From an uncultured virus (IMG/VR IMGVR_UViG_3300032073_002513) (lineage: Duplodnaviria > Heunggongvirae > Uroviricota > Caudoviricetes), in IMG/VR virus record IMGVR_UViG_3300032073_002513: 64,000 nt of DNA. One strand, 5' to 3'. Below the pieces are notes generated by a model. That model saw nothing but the letters and a program-made list of their open reading frames with translations, did not search any database and was not told the DNA's origin. Positions 59,204-64,000 of the stretch are shown one piece after another; within the stretch, counting starts at the first letter, position 1; each line of letters starts with the position of its first letter. Made by a program: the position numbers and the translations under genes.

Positions 59204-59391
59204 TGGGAACACACGCATGGAAAAAGAAAAGCGTAAGAGCTAGAAGGGAAGGTGCTTTAGAAAGACTTAAAGCATCTAAATTTACACCAAAAATTGTGCA
59301 AGGAAAAGAACGCAATGAAGAGAACTGGACAAAGAAGAAAGAGAAACAAATTGAAACTCTTGAATCCAGAATTAGAGGGACACAAGGTTAA
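59203..59391 (+). CDS. Small basic hypothetical protein
   Basis: RREGALERL; RBS GGAGG. Confidence 0.6.
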   Translation: MGTHAWKKKSVRARREGALERLKASKFTPKIVQGKERNEENWTKKKEKQIETLESRIRGTQG

Positions 59392-59439
59392 GTTTCAACA
59401 TAAGAAACTTTTAGATCAACAAAAAGAGATTGACGAACA

Positions 59440-60204
59440 ATGGGAAAGAATAAAAAAATTGCAGTCATTGGATATGGATTTGTAGGCAAAGCCACATATT
59501 ATTTTTTAACTGAAAAACTATATGGCGAACTTTCAGACGTCTATATTCATGATCCTGATTTAGGTTACAACATAGATAATTGGAATGAAATTGATTATGC
59601 TTTTATTTGCGTTCCAACTAACCTAAAACAAGGAAAGTTAGACACAAGTATTATAGATAAGATACTATCAGAACTTTATGTAGGTGTACAACCTGTTATT
59701 AGAAGTACAATAGGTCCTGATCAATGTTTGGCTTATGCTAATAGAGGAATAATTATAATGCCAGAGTTTTTAAGAGAAAAACATTGGAAGGAAGATATAG
59801 ACAATCCTAACATTGATATTTTAATTGGTTGTTATAATTGTGATGAATTTGTTGATCTAATGTCATGTGGTAATAAATTTGTAAAACAGGTTACACCATG
59901 CGAGGCAAGTGCAATAAAAATGTTTAGAAACGCTGCACTGGCTGTTAAAGTAGGTTTAGCAAATGACTTTAAAAATATATGTGAAGTACAAGATATAGAC
60001 TATGAAGTCATAAAAGAGTTTCTAGAGAATGATGAGAACTTAGGAGGAACACATTGGGCTGTTCCAGGCCCAGATGGAGAGTACGGTTTTGGTGGCACTT
60101 GTTTACCAAAAGATTTGACACATGCTTCTGAGCTATGCTATAATTCTTTTAATATAATGAATACAGCCTTAGAGGCTAATAAAGGTAGGAGAAAAGATGG
60201 GTAA
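59440..60204 (+). CDS. UDP-glucose/GDP-mannose dehydrogenase family, short form
   Basis: GYGFVG, CVPT, RST, PEFLRE, GFGGTCLPKD; no C-terminal domain. Confidence 0.85.
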   Translation: MGKNKKIAVIGYGFVGKATYYFLTEKLYGELSDVYIHDPDLGYNIDNWNEIDYAFICVPTNLKQGKLDTSIIDKILSELYVGVQPVIRSTIGPDQCLAYANRGIIIMPEFLREKHWKEDIDNPNIDILIGCYNCDEFVDLMSCGNKFVKQVTPCEASAIKMFRNAALAVKVGLANDFKNICEVQDIDYEVIKEFLENDENLGGTHWAVPGPDGEYGFGGTCLPKDLTHASELCYNSFNIMNTALEANKGRRKDG

Positions 60205-61267
60205 TCTATTAGATAAATTACAAAAAAATTCCACAATTAGAGAAACAGATATTTTGACTGACTCTAAGTTTTTTAATGACAAAGACTTGATACAAACATC
60301 TGTTCCAGCAGTTAATGTTGCTTTAAGTGGTAAACTAGACGGTGGACTTACACCTGGACTTACAGTATTTGCAGGTCCTAGTAAGCATTTTAAAACAGCA
60401 TTTGCTATGTTATTAATTAAGGCACACCAAGAGAAATATCCTGATGGTGTTGTTTTATTTTATGATAGTGAGTTTGGTGCACCTAAGTCTTATTTTGAGA
60501 CTTTTGATATTGATACTAGCAAAGTATTACATACACCTATTGCAGATATTGAACAATTAAAACATGATGTGATGCAACAGTTGAATGGTGTAGAACGAGG
60601 CGATAATATTATGGTTGTTGTTGACTCTGTAGGTAACTTGGCTTCTAAGAAAGAAGTAGAAGATGCCTTGGAAGGTAAGAGTGTAGCAGACATGACAAGG
60701 GCTAAACAAATGAAGTCCTTATTTAGAATGATTACTCCTCATCTAACAATTAAAGATATTCCAGCTATTGTAGTTAACCATACATATAAAGAGATAGGAT
60801 TGTTTCCTAAAGATGTGGTTAGTGGTGGCACAGGTATTTACTATTCTGCAGATAATATTTTTATTATTGGTAGACGACAACAAAAGACAGGAACAGAAGT
60901 TACAGGTTATGAATTTATAATTAATGTTGAAAAGTCTAGATTTGTTAGAGAGAAGTCTAAAATTCCTGTAGAAGTTACATGGGAGAACGGTATTAGTAAA
61001 TGGTCTGGGTTACTAGACATGGCGATGGCTTCTGGACATGTAATTAAACCTAGTAATGGTTGGTATCAGAGAGTTGACATGGACACAGGTGAAGCAGTAG
61101 ATCCTAAAGTTAGAGCTAAGGATCTAGGTAAAGATTTTTGGTTGCCTGTACTCTCAGATAAAAGATTTGGAGACTGGGTTAAAAAGTCATATACTATTGG
61201 CTCTGTAGAAATGATGGCAGAGGAAATCAGTGATGAAGATATTCAACAAGAATACGAAAAAGTGTGA
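60197..61267 (+). CDS. uvsX: RecA-like recombinase UvsX
   Basis: GPSKHFKT, YDSEFG, DMTRAK, SGGTG. Confidence 0.96.
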   Translation: MGNLLDKLQKNSTIRETDILTDSKFFNDKDLIQTSVPAVNVALSGKLDGGLTPGLTVFAGPSKHFKTAFAMLLIKAHQEKYPDGVVLFYDSEFGAPKSYFETFDIDTSKVLHTPIADIEQLKHDVMQQLNGVERGDNIMVVVDSVGNLASKKEVEDALEGKSVADMTRAKQMKSLFRMITPHLTIKDIPAIVVNHTYKEIGLFPKDVVSGGTGIYYSADNIFIIGRRQQKTGTEVTGYEFIINVEKSRFVREKSKIPVEVTWENGISKWSGLLDMAMASGHVIKPSNGWYQRVDMDTGEAVDPKVRAKDLGKDFWLPVLSDKRFGDWVKKSYTIGSVEMMAEEISDEDIQQEYEKV

Positions 61268-61403
61268 TAGGTGTGAAAAACCTATAGACAAAAAAGACAA
61301 AGCATATTGTTTTCATAATGGCGATGACGAAGTATATATTTGTGCTCCGTGTGTCATAGAAGTTTACAATGATTACAAGACAGAGGTAAAAAGAGATGCT
61401 TGA
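61233..61403 (+). CDS. Small zinc-finger protein
   Basis: Manual translation contains CDRC and CAPC. Confidence 0.55.
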   Translation: MKIFNKNTKKCDRCEKPIDKKDKAYCFHNGDDEVYICAPCVIEVYNDYKTEVKRDA

Positions 61404-62751
61404 TACAATTATTCTAGTTAATTTAGTTAGAAACGAAAAGTATGTTAGAAAAGTTCTACCCTTCATTAAAGAAGAGTATTTCTCAGATAACGAACATTCT
61501 TATGCGTTTAGACAGATTGCTGAATATATAGAAAAATATAACAACACACCTACACTAGAGGCAATGTCAGTTGCATTTGATAATGCTAGTGAGGAACAAA
61601 GAAGTTTATTAAAAACAGTATTTGAATATGAACAAGAGCCTCAGGAACTACAATGGTTGGTAGATGAAACAGAAAAGTTCTGTAAAGATAAAGCAGTTTT
61701 TAATGCAGTACTAGAAGGTATACAGATTATAGATGGTAAGAAAAAGGATATGACTCCTGATGCTTTGCCTGATTTATTAACTGAGGCATTACAAGTAGGC
61801 TTTGATACTAATGTAGGACATGACTTTATTGAAGATGCTGATAAACGATTTGATTTTTACAATAGAATAGAAAACAAAGTTCCTTTTGATCTGGATATGT
61901 TTAATAAAATTACAGATGGAGGACTATCTAACAAGACACTTAATATAGCATTAGCAGGCACAGGTGTAGGTAAATCCCTGTTTATGTGTCATATGGCGTC
62001 AGCAGCTATTGCTAATGGACAGAATGTACTCTATATTACATTGGAAATGGCAGAAGAAAGAATTGCAGAAAGAATAGATGCTAACTTAATGAATGTTCCT
62101 ATAGGAGATTTATCTAACATGTCTAAGCCTATGTTCCAAGATAGAATAGGCACATTAAAAGAGAAGTATGAAGGTAGATTAATTGTTAAAGAATATCCTA
62201 CAGCATCTGCACATAGTGGACATTTTAAAGCATTGATTAATGAATTAAAACTAAAAAGAAACTTTCATCCTGAGATTATTTTTATTGATTATTTAAATAT
62301 TTGCACAAGTTCTAGGTTTAGGCCTGGCAGTAGTGCTAACTCTTATACAATTATTAAAAGTATTGCAGAAGAACTTAGAGGTTTGGCAGTAGAACTAGAT
62401 GTTCCTATTTTTAGTGCTACACAAACAACTAGAGGTGGTTATGGAAATAGTGATGTTGACTTAACAGATACCTCAGAAAGTTTTGGTCTTCCAGCTACAG
62501 CAGATTTAATGTTTGCAATTATAAGTACTGAGGAGCTAGAACAACTTGGACAGTTTATGATTAAACAGTTGAAAAACAGATATGCTGATCCTACAAGAAA
62601 CAAAAGATTTATGATAGGTGTTGATCGTGCTAAAATGAAATTATTTGATTTGGAAGATTCAGCACAACAAGCTATAACGGACTCTAATATAGATGTTCCA
62701 GTATTTGACAGAGGCAAACAAGGAAGCGATTATGACAACCTTAAATTTTAA
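61396..62751 (+). CDS. gp41: Replicative helicase gp41
   Basis: AGTGVGKS, LEMAEE, IDYLN, SESFGLP, KQLKNRY. Confidence 0.96.
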   Translation: MLDTIILVNLVRNEKYVRKVLPFIKEEYFSDNEHSYAFRQIAEYIEKYNNTPTLEAMSVAFDNASEEQRSLLKTVFEYEQEPQELQWLVDETEKFCKDKAVFNAVLEGIQIIDGKKKDMTPDALPDLLTEALQVGFDTNVGHDFIEDADKRFDFYNRIENKVPFDLDMFNKITDGGLSNKTLNIALAGTGVGKSLFMCHMASAAIANGQNVLYITLEMAEERIAERIDANLMNVPIGDLSNMSKPMFQDRIGTLKEKYEGRLIVKEYPTASAHSGHFKALINELKLKRNFHPEIIFIDYLNICTSSRFRPGSSANSYTIIKSIAEELRGLAVELDVPIFSATQTTRGGYGNSDVDLTDTSESFGLPATADLMFAIISTEELEQLGQFMIKQLKNRYADPTRNKRFMIGVDRAKMKLFDLEDSAQQAITDSNIDVPVFDRGKQGSDYDNLKF

Positions 62752-63481
62752 TGATATAGAATTTGATGTAATAGATAATGTCTTGGCAAAAAGATATTCT
62801 AAGTTTCTAATGGAAAACATACATCAAAGTAAAGAGTTTTATTTCATGGGAGATAAAATAGATGAGATTCTGTCTGAAATAGATAAAATTGTTTACATGT
62901 ATGGCAAAGAGCCTACAAGAAACATGAATAAATTACATGATTATTTTGCAGACCATGAAGACGATCCTGAAATGAGTAGGTTGAATAATCTCATTCATTA
63001 CTATGAATTAAGCTTAAACAACTTTCCACCTCGTTGGGGAATGATGGTAGGTGAGGCGACAATGGAATTGTTTCCAGCAGACTATGAATACTTTACATTA
63101 CTAAGGCAACCAGGTACTCTTTATGTGAATTATCCTCATGTAGGAAAACACTTTGCTGAGATTGCCTACTCTAGAGATTATGATATTCAAGAACATCAAT
63201 ATGTGCCTCAAGATATATGCAGGCCTAGTTTTCATATATGGTTAGGAGATGAAATAACTATTGAAATGTTGAATACCAATGTTAATATATTGATTGATAT
63301 AGCTCACGGAAAGTTAAAAGATAGGCTAAATTTGCCTAATATTGACGATCCTGCAATGAGAATAGGGTATATTCCATTTGCCACACTTAAAGATGATATA
63401 AATATAAATGAACTTACAAATCATCTTTTGAAATGTAAGACTAAGAGTAAAAATCAATGGGAGTTATTTACAAATGGCTGA
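62732..63481 (+). CDS. Hypothetical protein (paralog of 37252..38340)
   Basis: MNKLHDYF, LNNLIHYYE, LYVNYPHVGK, IGYIPFA. Confidence 0.7.
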   Translation: MTTLNFNDIEFDVIDNVLAKRYSKFLMENIHQSKEFYFMGDKIDEILSEIDKIVYMYGKEPTRNMNKLHDYFADHEDDPEMSRLNNLIHYYELSLNNFPPRWGMMVGEATMELFPADYEYFTLLRQPGTLYVNYPHVGKHFAEIAYSRDYDIQEHQYVPQDICRPSFHIWLGDEITIEMLNTNVNILIDIAHGKLKDRLNLPNIDDPAMRIGYIPFATLKDDININELTNHLLKCKTKSKNQWELFTNG

Positions 63482-63821
63482 ATCAGAAGTAAATATTAGT
63501 TTAGAAGAATATGAGGCATTAAAGGCAGCAGCAGCGCCAGCCGAAGAAGAGGCAGCGCCACCTGGCAAACCTTGGTGGAGTGCACCTGACGATAGAGGTT
63601 GGATTTGGATTGCACCAGAGTATTTTAGTAGATGGAGATTATTTCCTCGTGCATTTATTAGCATGTATATCTACTTATTGTATCAGGTGACAAACTGGTT
63701 TATGGATTTACCTTCACCAGGACCTGAACAAGCAGGTCTTGTTAGTGTTGTCGTAGGAGCTGGAGCAGCCTGGTTTGGACTATATGTTAATAGTACAAGC
63801 ACAGGACAGGATAAGAAGTAA
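63474..63821 (+). CDS. Two-TM membrane protein
   Basis: WRLFPR, two hydrophobic segments, GAGAAWFGLY; TATAAATA at 63397. Confidence 0.65.
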   Translation: MAESEVNISLEEYEALKAAAAPAEEEAAPPGKPWWSAPDDRGWIWIAPEYFSRWRLFPRAFISMYIYLLYQVTNWFMDLPSPGPEQAGLVSVVVGAGAAWFGLYVNSTSTGQDKK

Positions 63822-64000
63822 TGCCTGAGGTTGTTTTATCAGATTTCTATATTGAGTTTATAGGGTTTTTGCTCACCCTAATAATCGGGCTCTCTATTAG
63901 AGATTATGCTGGCTCTTTTGTTAAAGGCGCTAAGTTTAGATTTAACCCCGCCTTCCAAGAAGGCGATAAGGTGCTACTTGATGGTAGCCCAGCACTCATA
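63821..64000 (+). CDS. Membrane protein, possibly MscS-like, truncated by window edge
   Basis: TM helix followed by FQEGDKVLLDG. Confidence 0.45.
   Translation, partial: MPEVVLSDFYIEFIGFLLTLIIGLSIRDYAGSFVKGAKFRFNPAFQEGDKVLLDGSPALI

Noticed and set aside
1..64000. tRNAs, CRISPR arrays, introns, inteins, homing endonucleases
   Set aside because: Intergenic gaps are short, no cloverleaf or repeat-spacer pattern was seen, and gp17, gp41, gp43 and uvsX are uninterrupted; checked by eye only.
1..64000. Alternative genetic code or stop-codon reassignment
   Set aside because: Core genes are full length in the standard code and TAA, TAG and TGA all serve as stops.

Overview
64 kb of an AT-rich T4-like (myovirus) phage genome, probably aquatic; a heterotrophic proteobacterial host is inferred from ISC-type iscU/iscA, a TonB-dependent receptor and the absence of photosynthesis genes in this window. 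Left to right: a leftward glycosyltransferase/thyX block; small fibre proteins with Mtd-like N-termini; the neck, terminase, tail and head module (gp13-gp23); iscU/iscA; gp3, uvsY, uvsW and gp55; a 7-deazaguanine cluster (queE, PRTase, folE, TGT/DpdA-like, DpdL-like, glycosyltransferase, queD; no queC in the window); gp47/46; an accessory block (tandem SET domains, deformylase, ClpP-like, TonB receptor, VWA/AAA pair, crotonase); and the replisome (gp45, 44, 62, regA, gp43, uvsX, gp41). The best leads are the QueC-less deazaguanine cluster with embedded glycosyltransferase and PRTase, an ACTCTT-N7-AAGAGT palindrome inside five sigma70 promoters, a shared C-terminal DGGT(Y/F) motif in fibre proteins, and a ROSE-like thermometer before hsp20. 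All calls come from motif recognition by eye; no searches were run. No tRNA, CRISPR array, intron or intein was seen.
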